55,751 nucleotides of DNA, taken from positions 62,001 through 117,751 of the forward strand of contig JALDZS010000066.1 in the NCBI GenBank assembly GCA_022813965.1. The letters run 5' to 3'. This DNA comes from Toensbergia leucococca. Taxonomy: Eukaryota. Below, one piece after another: positions 11,656 through 25,514 of this stretch. The position numbers and the translations under genes were made by a program. Numbering within the stretch: position 1 is the stretch's first letter; every line of letters begins with the position of its first letter. The notes below the pieces were generated by a model, which saw only the letters and a program-made list of their open reading frames with translations, searched no databases and was not told where the DNA came from.

Positions 11656-13347
11656 CTAGTAGTGTTGGCCCTCGCCGTTGGAAAAGGAAAGCCCATTCAT
11701 GCCTTGGCGTCTTGATGATTGACCTCTCGAGTTTCCAATTGGAGGCGCAGGCAGTGGACCGGATGGTGGCGGCGCCGGTCGTATAGGTAAGACAGTGGTA
11801 GGGATATGGCTATCGATCTCTTTAGGACGGCCTGTCATAAGGACTGAGGTGCTCGATGTGCGAGGGGGAAAATTGGGACGTTCGATAGCTGAGCCACGTT
11901 TGGGATGCATCCCACCGCCATTGACATCTGCAGAGAAAACGCGTTGAACTGCAGGCGGGTCAGAGGGCGGGGACGCTTTCATATCATCGCCTGCTATCGG
12001 TATTTCACCAGATGTTGGAGTCTTTGAAGACGCAGAATCTTTCGACGGAGAGGCTACGGTCTCACCGCGGAGAAGTGCTTGAGTAGAAGGTGAGAGTTGA
12101 GGTGCTAGATGTGATTTACGATTATGGCGTTCCATCATCTGCACGGCCCATTCTTCAAGGTTGACGGGTGTTCGTTTAGCAGCTTGTAGGAAAGGATCTT
12201 GGTCCTGTTGAGTAAACATTAGTAGGAAACGCTGGCATTGCACAATGACAGAACGTACATAGAGCTGACGCGGGGTTGGGCGCGCCTCCGGCTCTTTCAA
12301 AAGACATTTCTGGATCATTTGATCGAGAATCGGTGGGAAGGCATCGCTTTGAGGAAGTTTTGGTGCTGGCTCATGAACAATTTGTTGTAAAAGATCGAGT
12401 ATACCCATGGGCCCTGCACTTGCTCGATCTCCCGCTGCTGTGTCGGTTGAATCGAAGGGAAATCTTCCAACAGCCAGCTCCATCAACGTTAATCCCACAC
12501 TCCATACATCAGACTTGACAGAATACTTAGCCCCTTGTATTCGCTCCGGTGCCATGTATGTCGAAGTGCCAACAAAAGTATCGGCAATCGAATTGACCAG
12601 TTCGCCTGACACACCAAAATCACATAGTTTGATATATCCGCGGGAGTTGACCAAGACGTTTGAAGGTTTGATGTCTCGGTGCATGATGCGATGCGCTTCA
12701 TAAAGATAACTCAGACCATTCAAGATTGCCTCTGCAATTTTGCCGAGGACATCCACACGGACAGGACCAAAGTCTTTTGATATACGGTCGAGAGAGCTGA
12801 TCCACGTCAGACAATCCTATGGAGATTGGGCATAGGTTCATGCTTACCCGCAGTCCATGTATTCCATACACATTATGACATCCCCAGATTCATGACTAAA
12901 AGCCCCATAGAACGACACGATATTTGGCGAATTGCACTCGTACATGATATGTAGCTCTCGTACAATCTGCTTGCGAACTTCTTTCCTCGCCTCAACATGG
13001 ATAACCTTAAGATGGTTAATAGGGAAGACGTATATTGATTTGCCTCAGGAATAGGATAGTACCTTCTTTGCCATTATAACCTTGGTCGCCGAATGCATAA
13101 CCTTACTCACGGTTCCTCCATTGCCAGCCCCAAGCTCTTTCAGCACAATCAGGTCTTCGCTGCGTAAATCCAACTTGAACTCTACACCGATTTCCAACGT
13201 GTCAGACCTCGCAACATTGTTCCCGATCGCTCCTGGTATCTGCGCATCGCTGCCTGATGGGGCTGGGGGCTTTGATGATGGAGCGCTCAACTCGAGGCCT
13301 TTAACGTTCTTCCGCTTGAAAGTACGAGCCTTGAAAGCGTCGGACAT
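11656..13347 (-). CDS. STE7: MAP kinase kinase of the pheromone/filamentation pathway (Ste7/Mst7/MkkB), multi-exon
   Basis: MSDAFKARTFKRKNVKGLEL docking site, ELGAGNGGTV, MEYMDCG, HRDIKPSN, DFGVSGELVNSIADTFVGTSTYMAPERIQG. Three GT-AG introns, including 12258-12205. Confidence 0.95.
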
Positions 13348-14267
13348 GGCGTATTCAGTGTCGAGAAAACTCAAGTAGATTCTGATTTGTAAAAGCGAAG
13401 ATAGCGAAGGTGTTTGTAGGCAACGGCCGTTTGTATAGCTAATTGCTTGAAGGTCTTTCTTTAGACTCGTTGTAGATGAAGGTTGGCTAAATTAGGTCTT
13501 AAGGAGACTGCCGGGTAAAAGTTTAGACAAATCGACCTTCTCTGAAACATTTCTTGTCCACGATTCCTCCGAGTGACTCTACGAACACGTTCAATAGCTG
13601 GCAGTTCGGATGACTTGCAGTTTGCCTGTTTCGGGCGGGACCCCTGAAGCTGTGGGGTGCTGCAAGCGTCTTGGCAAACATAGAGCAGAACCTTGTCAAA
13701 GAAATGCTGGGAGTATAAGCAAGGCAGGCAGGTAGGTACTCGGGCTTTATTATATTACTACAGTAGAATGACAGCGTGTCTATTTCCGTTGGCCATCAAC
13801 ATCTCTGACTGTCTTCCTTTGAAGTTGTTGAGCTGTAGATCTTGTTGGAAGACATCCATAAGTCATGGATGCTCATCTCGTATGGAATAGAGTAAATGGG
13901 CCATTCGAGCGACACCCATAAGGGCTCTTCAGAGAAAAGGTTCTATAGCTTGAGAGTGACCGACTGGACCTATGCAATATCTGTCAATGCAGGATAGAGT
14001 AAAAGCCGGCATGAAAACACCTCAAAACTTACTCCTTAGGTCCTCGACTGTTGTACGGTAGCCGATGCATGGGCTGCAAGCGCGAAGCGAAACTTTAAAC
14101 CGCGGCTTTTATGCCATTTTCTTTGACTTGATCCCAATACTCCTTCTTGTGGATTTATTCTCGTGCCTAGGCAAACACTCACATGATATTTGGTCTAAGA
14201 CGCATTAACTTGGCATCGCCTCGAAAGCTGATATTCGCCCCCACAATCCTCAGCACCACTTCATGCA

Positions 14268-17200
14268 ATGAGTGCTCGAGACCTTATTGAAGGAGAGGCT
14301 GAGCTGGACGACGAGGAGGGTGATGAGTCCTTTGACGAAGAGACTGGTGAAGTGACGCGTAGAACGAATGGTATAAATGGTCATCTAGACGACTCGAGCG
14401 AGGAGGAAGATGATGATGATGATGATGAGGAGAAATTGCGAGAGGTAAGGCCCTGTGATTCAACACCAGGAAATGCTTGCTGACTTGGCTGCCCTGTGAT
14501 TTGTAGGTGAGAGAGGGGTTCATTGTCGACGAAGAAGAGGAGCCAGAGGAGAGAGCCCGACGTAGACGAGAGAAGAAAAAGCGAAGGAGAGAGGAGCGTG
14601 AAGAAGAGGAAGCCGGATTGGATGAAGAGGATCTGGATTTGATCGGAGAGGCGAATCCTGATTTCGAGCGGCGAGCGCCTAGCGAAGTACACGCCATCTC
14701 ACACATTTTCACCGATTCAAGCTGACATCTTGAAAAGCCTAAATTGAAACGTTTAAAACGTGGTCACAAAGAGGATCGGAATGGGAAGTTGCCAAGAGGT
14801 ATTGGCGACATATTCGATTCGGACGAAGAAGAAGACGTTCCTCGTACATATGAAAATCAACGAGCAGTCCAGCGGGGTGAGGCCCGTGGTCTTGAGGATG
14901 AATTTGCCGATTTCATAGAAGAGGACTTTTCGGGCGATGAGGGCCGGGACCGTGAAGATGATGATGCAGAAGTAGCAAGGACTGTGAGGCGTGACTTGGC
15001 CGGAGTCAAGGAGGCTGCGGGTCTCGATGAAGCATCTCTTGAAGATATGAAGGAAGCATTTGGGACTGGATTTGAGTACGATTGGGCTCTGGAGCTCCAA
15101 GATCAAGAGGAGCAAGATGAGCAACGCAGAGTCGATCCTGATGACCCTGATGCCTTAGCCAAGGGCATCGAGTTGAAAGACGTCTTTGAGCCTTCGCAAC
15201 TCGCCGAACGAATGCTGACCGACGAAGATAATCAGATCCGCTCTGTCGATGAGCCGGAGCGGTTCCAAATTGCAAGGAAGCCTTACAAGCATTTACTTCT
15301 TACAGACGAGCAGTTCAAGGAAGAATCTATTTGGATTTCAAATCTTATGCTACCAAAGAAGAGATTTTCAATTGAAAAAAACCTTCAAGAGCCGTTCCAG
15401 AAGTCAGTGGCCAAGGTGCTCGAGTTCATGATCACCGATGAATACGAGGTTCCGTTCATCTTCCAACACCGTAAAGACTACCTCATCCACGCGGCAAAGA
15501 CTGCACTCCCGCCTGACCCCTACAATCAGGGTGCACCTCAGTACGAAGTCCGTGCAGAAAAGCTGCTTAACCAATCCGATCTTTGGGATATCTTTGACCT
15601 AGACTTGAAATTCAGAGCGCTCGTTGATAAGCGGAACGCTTTACAGCGTACTTACGACAATCTCCGAAGCATCTCGGAGGACCTGCACGATGAGGTTTTC
15701 GAGGAAATGCTACCTGCAGCTGTGACGATGGAAGAGCTGCAAGACGTCCAGGATTATCTCCACTTCCAGCATTCTTCACGTCTTGCAGATCTCGCACTTG
15801 TCAATGGCACCGGGACGAACGGGACTCAGCGTCGACCAGGTGCATCGAAAATGATCTTCGAGAGAATACGTAACGGTAAAGTTTATGGGTTGGTACGTGC
15901 CTTTGGTATATCTGCAGATGCATTTGCACAAAATGCTCTCAAGAAAGAAGGCAGGCGGCAGTACACTGAGGACCCTACCGAGCGCCCGGATGACATGGCA
16001 GACAGCGAGAACATATTAGACCCTCTAGAGTACACGTCTGGTGCACAGTGCTTGAAAGCTGCGAAGGCAATGTTTGCGGAAGAGATTACAATGAGTCCCA
16101 AGATGCGAAGGGTGATGAGACAAGCTTATTACATGAACGGGGTGATTGAATGCTTTAGGACAGATAAGGGGATGCGGAAGATTGATGAGCAGCACCCTTA
16201 CTACGAGTTCAAGTACTTGCGAAATCAGCAGCTTAGCGACATAGCTCGGCATCCAGATCGCTTCCTTCGCATGCTCAGAGCTGAAGAGGAAGGTCTTGTC
16301 GAGGTCAAAGTTCGCTTACAAAACTATGAGAGCTTCAGAGGCAGACTTTACGGCGATCTGGAGTCTGACAATTTCAGCGAAGCCGCAGATGCCTGGAACC
16401 GGGAAAGGCGAGAAGCTTTAGACATCGCACTTCAGAAAGTCGACAAAATCATGGCGAGGGGTGTCAAGGAAAATATGAAGACCGAGTGCGAAAATCAAGT
16501 TGCCAACACCTGCAGAGAAGAATACCTGAAAAGACTTGACCAGGCCCCTTACAAGCCTAAAGGCATGATGCTGGGAACAATTCCCCGAGTCTTAGCTCTC
16601 TCCAACGGTACCGGATCGTTCGGTAAAGAAGCCGTCTGTTGGGCTTGGGTAGAAGAAGACGGTCGAGTTCTTGAGAATGGCAAATTCACCGACCTAGCTT
16701 TAGGCGATCCAGAGCGTAACACAGACGATGGTGCAGACGTGAGGGCATTCGTAGAACTGGTACAGCGGAGGAAGCCTGATGTTGTTGGTGTTTCTGGCTT
16801 TTCTGCAGAGACGCGGAAGCTATACAAGCTGCTCGAAGAGATCGTCGAGAGCAAGGAATTACGCGGAGCGGACTACGAAGACGAAGATGGCAACGATCGA
16901 AGTGATAAGCTCGAAGTCGTTATAGTCAACGATGAGGTGGCGCGACTTTACCAGACCAGCGAAAGAGCGAACTTGGAACACCCAGGATTTGCGCCTTTGA
17001 CCAAATACTGTGTCGCACTCGCCAAATACTTACAAAACCCCATGAAGGAATATGCTTCCCTTGGGAAAGACATCATCTCGGTGACATTCGACCCATGCCA
17101 GCCTTACGTACCGCAAGAGAAGATTCTGAAGCAGCTTGAAACAGCAATGGTTGACATGGTCAATCTCTGCGGTGTCGATATCAACGACGCTGTCAGCGAT

Positions 17201-18776
17201 ACATACACCGCCAGCTTGCTGCCCTATGTTTGCGGTCTGGGACCTCGGAAAGCTTCTCAGCTGCTCAAGGCTATCAATCTCAACGGAGGTGTGGTATCAA
17301 CAAGGGCAGAACTCGTGGGTGATGCTGATCAGCACAAGCTACCAGCAGTCGGACCTCGTGTTTGGAACAATTGTGCCAGCTTTCTGTTCATGGAATTCGA
17401 TAGCTCGGAGCCGGAGTCTGACTATCTTGACAATACCCGTGTTCACCCAGAGGATTACGATTTAGGCCGAAAAATGGCAGCTGATGCTCTCGAGCTTGAC
17501 GAGGAAGACATTCAAGCCGAAACACAGGAGAATGGTGCAGGAGCGATAGTCAGAAAACTCATCAAAGACGATGCCCAAGAAAAAGTCAATGATCTCATCT
17601 TGGAGGAATACGCTGAGCAGCTGGAAAGAAACTTCAATCAGCGGAAGCGCGCTACATTAGAAACCATTCGTGCGGAGTTGCAACAACCATATGAGGAATT
17701 GCGACGGAACTTCACTTTGCTCTCGACAGATGAGATCTTTACCATGTTTACTGGCGAAACCCGAGAATCGCTCTGCGAGGGCATGGTCGTTCCTGTCTCT
17801 ATCAAGAGAGTCGCCGACGACTACATCGAAGCGAAAATGGACTGTGGCATCGAAGGCACCGTACCAGCTCTCGAGATATCCGACAGAGGCGATGTTTCGG
17901 CGAAGCAGCTGTATTCCCAGCATCAGACAGTTCAGGCAAAGATCACATCTCTCAATCGCAAGCAACTGGTCGCAAGCTTCTCGGTAAGGGAAGAGCAATT
18001 ACGTACGCTTTATCGCAAGCACGTTGAGCGTATGCCAGATGAATGGGACGACCGAGAGGAACGCAAAGACAAGGACTCCCTGCTAGAAAAAAACGACGTC
18101 TCAGGCCGCACCCAAAGAGTCATCAAGCACCCTCTCTTCCGCCCCTTCAACAGCGCCCAAGCAGAGGAATATCTCGGCTCCCAAGCCCGTGGCGACGTTG
18201 TTATCCGCCCCTCGTCCAAAGGGTTAGACCACCTCGCCGTCACGTGGAAAGTCTCCGACAACATCTACCAGCATATCGACGTGCTCGAACTCGACAAGCA
18301 GAACGAATACTCGGCCGGCACGACCCTCAAAATCGGCGGTCGCTATACGTATAGTGATCTCGACGAACTGATCGTTAACCATGTCCAAGCCATGGCCAGA
18401 AAAGTAGATGAGATGATGCTTCACGAAAAATATCAAAATGGCAGCAGGGCAGATACGGGTACCCCATCCTTTATCCTCCCATGTTTACTCCATAACAAGT
18501 CATTTACTAACCTCCTTCCCCACAGAGCGTTGGCTGACTACCTACACGGAAGCGAATCCGAAACGCTCCGTGTACAATTTCTGCATCAACCCCAAGTACC
18601 CGGGCTACTTCTTCCTCATTTTCAAAGCGGGCCAGCACGCGCCCGTGCAGTCGTGGCCGGTCAAAATCGTGCCACAGGCGTTTGAGCTGCAGAAGAACAT
18701 GTATCCGGATATGCGGGCGCTGTGTAATGGGTTCAAGTTGCTGTTCACGAATATGCAGGTTGGGAAGAGGAGGTGA
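14268..18776 (+). CDS. SPT6: Transcription elongation factor / histone chaperone Spt6, 4 exons
   Basis: Acidic N-terminus ([18 protein letters not shown]), [22 protein letters not shown], YqgF-like and HhH regions ([10 protein letters not shown]), [12 protein letters not shown]1 domain and tandem SH2 ([15 protein letters not shown]). The last exon ends GKRR*. Confidence 0.96.
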
Positions 18777-19174
18777 GTTGTTCTTTGTTGTTGTGTGAAT
18801 TGGGGAGAGGGAGGGGGAAGGGAGTTTTGGGATTTGAGGGATTGCGATTTGGGATGGCGCGAAAGAGAAAGATACCTTGTTCTTCTTTCTTCTTTTTTTT
18901 GTGGCCTTGTTGGTTGGGTTCCAGGACGAAGAGGCTTTATTTAGAAGCTTTGAGCTTTCGGACACCTGATAATGAGCTGGATTGCTTTTGTGTGTAATTT
19001 AGTTGCATTAAGCGGGGGGGCTGTTACTATCGGGGCTTTCTTCAAAATGATAATGCTCACTGCCGAATCCAAAAACACATTTTAAAGTTTTTTACAAAGT
19101 CACATCTCTGTTCTTTTTGTTTCCTTTTTTTTTCGGTTGCGTTTTTATTTTCGAGCATGCTCATCCAGCAAGCT

Positions 19175-20511
19175 CTAGTACCCAAAGTACTCCTCCAACC
19201 TTCCCTCCAACTCCTTTTCAATCGTCGCCCATACCTCGGTCACAGCCTCGTGCCCCAGGATTGTAATACCTAGCTCCTGACTTGTGAACCAGCTCGCACG
19301 GTCCATGTTCCCGCTCCCCAGCACCGCCACCTGCCCCTCCACGACCGTGCACTTGATGTGGCATTTTGTCGGTCCCCCTTCCTGAATGCAGCGGTAGTAG
19401 GCGATTCTTAGCTTTCCCACTTGGGGTCTGCCTTCTTCTTCTACTTCGGGGTGTCGTTGCTGCTTGGATGATGCAAAGAGCTTTTTGTAGGCGCGGATTA
19501 GGCGGTGGACGAAGAGTTCGGTGGTGGTGCCGGCGGTGAGGAGTTGTTCGAGGGTCATCATTCGGCGGTTTGTGATTATCGTCAGGGGGTTTCCGCGGGA
19601 GAGGAAGGAGAGGAGGGAGGGGAGGAGGGGGGGAGAGGTTAGGTTGGGGGTTAGGAGGGTTAGGGGGGCGGTGCTGGTTGCTAGGAGGTGGAGGAGGTAG
19701 GTGTTCAGGGGGGTTGCGGGGGGGAGGGGTGGGGACAAGAGTGGTCGGAAGCGCGGGGAGCGGTGATGTGGTGAGGGAAGGAGGATTGTAGGGGTTGTGG
19801 GGAGGGGTTCAGGTGGGAGTGGAGTGAGGCTAGGGAGGCTGGGGAGGACGTTGCGGCCCCAGGCACTGCGCCAGAAGTCCACGAGTGCGGGTACGATGTG
19901 GCCGGTGAGAGAGAGGCAGCCTTCAAGCCAAATTTCGTGGCTTAGGTTGCAGCTGGGGAGGAGGGCACGGCGGCGGTCGATGATGACGAATTTGGGGTGC
20001 ATGACTGAAAAAGGGAGGATGAAGACGGATTTGATTTGGAGATCTAGGCCTCGCAGGGAGGAGGGGGGTGGAATGCCGAGTTTTGAGGCCCATGTTGAGG
20101 GCGGGTAGGTATAACCTGATGGGGAGGAGGTGTGGAGGAGTTTCTGGAGGACAGAGCGTGAGGAGAGGCACAGGCGGACGCGGAGTTTGGGGGTGTTGGG
20201 GGCACGAGAGAGGGATTGTGCTGAGAGGTGGAGAAGGGTGTGTGAGAGATCGTTCAGGGAGGGGGAGGGCGCCCAGAAGCAGGTTACTAGGATTATTTCT
20301 TGTTGGGCGGCGGAGAGGGCAGGCAGAAGCTGGGTGGTGTAGAGGGAGAGGCCGGTGCCGACGGTATAGGATTCGAGATGGGAGGTTGTGGTTAGTTTCG
20401 AGGGGTCTTTGGACCAGTAGTGGTTGTGATTTTCTTGGATGCCTGCGGCGGTGGTGAGGCCGTCTAGCCATTCGGGAGAGGGTTGAGTCTGAGCTGGTGC
20501 GGAGCCTCCAT
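19175..20511 (-). CDS. Phospholipase D superfamily (two HKD motifs) protein with an apparent 1-nt frameshift near the start
   Basis: HPKFVIID...LPSCN and HIKCTVVE...LGSGNMDRASWFTSQELG. The frame stays open upstream of 20002 (EIILVTCFWA, QKLLHTSS) but has no ATG. ATG 20511 joins it if one C is added at 20474-20476. Confidence 0.78.
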
Positions 20512-20755
20512 TCTGGGGGAGTGCTTCCAGGATTGCAGCGGTAGGAAAGGGAGGGAAATTTATCGATAGGCAAGGTAATCAATAATCTTGCTGACAATGG
20601 AAGGATGGAAACACAGAGCTGTGGCTTGAGATGATGTTCCTTCGTGACTAGCTTTTAGGGCTGATAAATAGGGCTGCACTCTAGCTCGTGAAATTGGGCC
20701 TGAATAAATCGTTCAGTGTCATACCAGATCTCTCAAAACATTGATAGTTCTTACA

Positions 20756-21851
20756 ATGCCAATTTCGATCCTCCCACCAGCTCCTGCGGCCCAGGCCTAT
20801 TACCAAGACTCATCAGACAATGCCTCCCTCGATTCTGAAGGCGATGTAAACATGGACAACGCCAAACCGGCCAAGCGGGCAAGACTGTCAGCCAAGGGCA
20901 TAGTGACCCCAGGGGAGACAGTCACAGATGATCCGCAATGGATGAGGTGCAATTACAGAGTCCAGGTACAAGCAACAAGTCAAATACTAATCCCTGAACA
21001 GAGGACACGGTACCTTCATAACCCCTGACACGACCAGCATAGTCGCCACCGTCGCAGGCACTGTCCAAAAAACCAACAAGCTTCTTTCTGTCCGCCCTCT
21101 CCGAGCAAGATATACCCCTGAGATTGGCGATCTAGTGGTCGGGCGAATCGTGGAGGTGCAGACCAAGAGGTGGAAAGTCGACCTCTCCGCCCCTTTACTC
21201 GCTCATTTACCCCTCAGCGCCATCAATCTTCCTGGTGGAATTCTGCGAAAGAGGACGAGTACTGATGAACTACAAATACGAACCTTCTTTTCCGAAGGAG
21301 ATTTGCTGGTTGCGGAGGTGCAATCAATCTACCAAGATGGAGCGGCGTCATTACACACACGATCTTTAAAATATGGGAAGCTACGAAACGGTGTGTTCCT
21401 TGCAGTATCAGGTACTGGAGGTGGAGGTGGGGTGGTTAGATCAAGACGACAGGTTTGGACTGTCAGTACGGGCAATGGAGGAGGTGAGGTCGATGTAGTC
21501 CTGGGAGTCAATGGATACATCTGGATCTGCAAATATACTTCTGCCGAAGCTGCCACCTCACAAGTGTCGATAACAAGATTAGAGGATACAGTGAGCAATT
21601 CGATATATTCAAGCCAGAACGATGAGATCAGCCCTGCTACGAGGAGAGAAATTACAAGACTAACGGGGTGTATCAGGGCATTGGTGGAGGGTGGAGTGCG
21701 GGTTGATGAGGAGATGATCATGAGAGCGTATGAAGCGAGTCTGGATGTTGAAATGGAGAACGCAGGGGATGGCTTGGGTGACATTCAAGGCGAGAAGGGG
21801 AACAGGATAGTCGCTTTGGCGCTAGGAGCAATGCATGCAGCACATACTTGA
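20756..21851 (+). CDS. RRP4: Exosome complex cap subunit Rrp4
   Basis: [20 protein letters not shown] across intron 20947-21001, [49 protein letters not shown]. Confidence 0.95.
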
Positions 21852-24800
21852 GCGATAAGAAAAACCAGAAGGCTCGGCCTAGCAATGTGCTGAAACTCGG
21901 CGATAATCATCGCTTCATCCTACGAACAATGTCCAAGGTCCATCGATCGAACTATCCGAGGGAAACCTATCTTTTTTCTCTTGAAAACCCTGCTACTTTC
22001 CGAGATATTGAACCTAAATCTCGATCTAGCACTTTCATCGGCCTTGTAGGTTGCAGGACCCACGGCGGAGTTGTCGAAGTGTCCCAGGCGAGTAATTTGT
22101 GATGGCACGTACCCGTGTATGGAACCGGGAGACGAGAGCAGAGAGTAGCCAAGGCCGATATGGCTTTTGCCCTGCATGAAGGGTTCGTGGCAGTGGTTGT
22201 TAAGGCGTGAGCTTGTCACTGTCATCGGCCGAGGTTGATGCAATAGAGGTCGAACTCGTGTTTTCTCGCGTCTACAGGCATGGAACAGCAGAGAGCGTCT
22301 TTCTCCACGCAAAGGGGATGCTGCAGGTACGAATGATCGTATCTCCGCATGAGACATCATAGTGATCTTCATCTAGTCTCGAACAACGTCAGTGAGCCAG
22401 ATGCAGCGATGATATGTTTGAAAGAGCGGCGGTCTTAACGATGATGTGCAAATTGGTAGTACCTGTTGTCTGAGATGCATACCTCGCCTTTTTACCCATT
22501 ACTTGCTTCATCACGCCGTCTCTGCGACGGTTCATTCATGACCCCGATGCTCTCTTTTGGATCTCGATTGGGGTGACACGCAATGGGAAGAATAAAGACC
22601 TAAGCACCACACCTTTCTACCACTAGGATCTCGATGTTGCAATTGAAAAGTGAGGCGTCAGAGAAGCTGAAGTAAGTCGAACAGAGGCATTGTGATAGGC
22701 CAAGTAAAAGCTCTCTTGGGAAGTTACATGAGCAATTAGTCATTCCTGAAGACGACAGGCTCGAAATGGTCAGTACGACACCTCATGTCCTCAAACAAAA
22801 CAACGTCACGTCTATTAGAGGCAGAGTAATTACTGCGGGTTTCAGGATGGCACTAGATCTTCCGATGAGGCGTACTAATATACATGTTGTGTAAGGCATC
22901 ACCACCTACGATGCGAACACTAACCACTACCACTGACACTGCACATACCGTGGCATACGTCAGTAAGAACCGGACAATTGGACAATTGAAATTTTCAAGC
23001 CGATTCATCATCGAGCTAATCAAGGAAACTGTGCCCGGATTGGGTATCTTCCGATTATCGTACTCTGCCCCATCTGAACTGATAAAGTTTGGCTGCTGTC
23101 TTACTCGTGCTGCATTGAACAGGTACCCACTAGATTGACCCTAAGCTTGCATTGGATCAATTTTCCATTGGTGATGATTCTGCTGTCATCAGCGGCAACC
23201 CACAGCTGTGACGGAGCCATGGTTCTTTTGAGATCTATCCGTCTCCCGACTTATGCAAACAGTGTTTTACAGCCCGCTCGTTCACCAATCTCTAGTCCAT
23301 CACGAGCAAGTGCCCCCCCTCGCTCCAAGCCCTACACCACCGAGTCCACCGTTGCCGCCCTCGCTTGGTCTCCGTAGGTAATTACCCGGCTCATGTCGAC
23401 CGAAAGCTTCAGCACCCACTACAGCTTGCCCCTTGGCAGTCTGCGGATTGCAGTGTGCGCAAGGGAAGATTTTGAAGCCTCTGCCGTTGCATTTTACGCA
23501 TTCTGCTCCCCTACACTGAGTCAGCCTATGGGCTATCGTACAAGTGGGGAAGGCCCAGAGATCCTACCTGGGAGGATTACCTGCGCAGCTGGTGCAGGTG
23601 GCAATCGTATGACCCCCAATACAAGATAAATGGTTGGGGTCGAGAGATGTAGCTGGAACGGTGGAGCTATGCCGGGCTCGATTTGCCATCGTCGTTGTTG
23701 AAAGAGTTTTTTGAGCGCTGAAAAGAGGTTGTATCGTTCCAAGAAGACGGGATAGGTTGGTCTTAACTGAGAGCTCGAGAAAGAGAGTTATAGTGGTTGA
23801 ATCGCTCAATCTTGGAGAACTTCTACCTTAAAATCTCATAGAAAGCGTGGTGGCATTGAGGATTATATATTCTCAAAAGTAGTACCCAAGTATCTCCAGT
23901 CCATCAATCACAACATGATAACATTCTCTCACACCCTGCTCTTTTCTTCTGGAGACGGCACGACTTGTGTTACTATATAAATCCTGAAAGCCGAGACCAA
24001 CCGTGACCGAGAGATTGCTGCCATGGCTCTACAACACTTCTGCTTTGTGGAGTGGTGTTTCCGAGTCAGCACGGCAAGTGAGCTAGTAAGGCAAATGCTG
24101 CTAGCTCTGTCAAGCGCTTTTAGCATGAGTCTGGTGAGACAGAGGCGTTCTAAAGCTAGCCAAGTGCCGCCTGTCAGAGTCCCGGTATCGATAGACCAAA
24201 GTAATTGATCATGTATCCATGGGTGAGATGATCGTGGTGATCGTAACGAGGTGCAGGACGGGAAGGCACTGAAGTTGGCCTCGGAAGGCTTCGAGATTTA
24301 GGTTGTTTGGCGGCGACTCTTGACAAATCGTTGCCGTGCAGGAGGCCACTGTACCTTGAATGGCAGGAGACCCTTCGTTGACAATTGGGGTACCCTTGAA
24401 AAGTCATAGTTGCTTAATGCACGGACTATTCTTCTCATCGAAGTCCCACCAATGCAGCACCACCCATTTGCTGTGAGCTTGAAAAGCCTCAAGATTGAGA
24501 CTCTAGTAGTAGAAGATGATTGTGGTTCCCGGACAAGGAGACGTGTTCGGATCAACCTCCGACTGTTACGTTAATGATGGGTTCCGTGTGCTTCTTGCAT
24601 GGTGTTCCTGTACGCTGTAAAAATCTGCATGTCTCACAACAAAATTGTGCCCAAGATATGTTTGCCTAGCGCCTACGGCTGTTTTGTTCCAAAAACTTCT
24701 TTCATAAACTGATTGAGCATTCAAAGTAGTTTTCCTGCTGACATGAGATAGTGAAAATGTACTTAAAACTTAGCTTTCACGAGAGGTCCGGCAGGATGCC

Positions 24801-25514
24801 GTAGGAACATACTGTAGAGAAGCATCGGGTATGAGATAGGCCTGGGTGTTACGCACAAGATAGAACGTCATATACTAGTCCATGATGGTTGTGGTCCGGC
24901 TTCTATTTGGTTGGCCGAAGCACGTCTCGTGTAGCCTGAGGAGACACATGGGAACGCAGGCTTCCTGGATTGGAGAACTAGTGTGTCTGTAGTATTCTTA
25001 TCCTGTCAGCCGCAGTCATTGTAATCATGTACACACCGCTACTATGACTCTGGCTTTGGCCAGTCTGCCTAAAACGGTAAATCAAATATCATGGTGGCCT
25101 GGTAGGACATCGCATTCGTCAGAAAAATGTCTTTCAGCTCCCAAAACATAGTGAATGATCCCTTCGGGTCTTTGATAATCAAGCCATCATAGAGAAATTG
25201 AAGCCAAGGTAGACAATGAGATCATAACTCCTGCTTTCGTCCTGAAGCTAGTAGCCACATGCTGTCTGTGCATGTAGCAAAATTATACCCATCTATGCGT
25301 GCAGCATCATGAATTGACCGAAGATAGTTTGACACACAACATGCACGCCTAACATGGCCTTCTTAGCTCCGTTCCTGCCCAGTTGTTCCCAAATTTCAAT
25401 GTTACCTCAGTAATATCCATGAAACGTTCACCCAACGCCAATACTGTGTGTCCCCTGGCAAACGAGAAAGAACAGTCCATCTTCTGATGGCCGTTTCGTA
25501 GTCTCACCACTGTT

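Noticed and set aside
13543..13549. Ste12 pheromone response element TGAAACA upstream of STE7
   Set aside because: A single 7-mer is expected by chance every few kb, and there is no clustering.
19923..20597. 224-aa Pro/Arg/Leu-rich ORF
   Set aside because: Off-frame shadow of the C-rich PLD coding region, with a TTG start.
21920..22372. 150-aa minus-strand ORF after RRP4
   Set aside because: No motif, Ser/Arg-rich random-like composition and no convincing splice structure, so I cannot support it as a gene.
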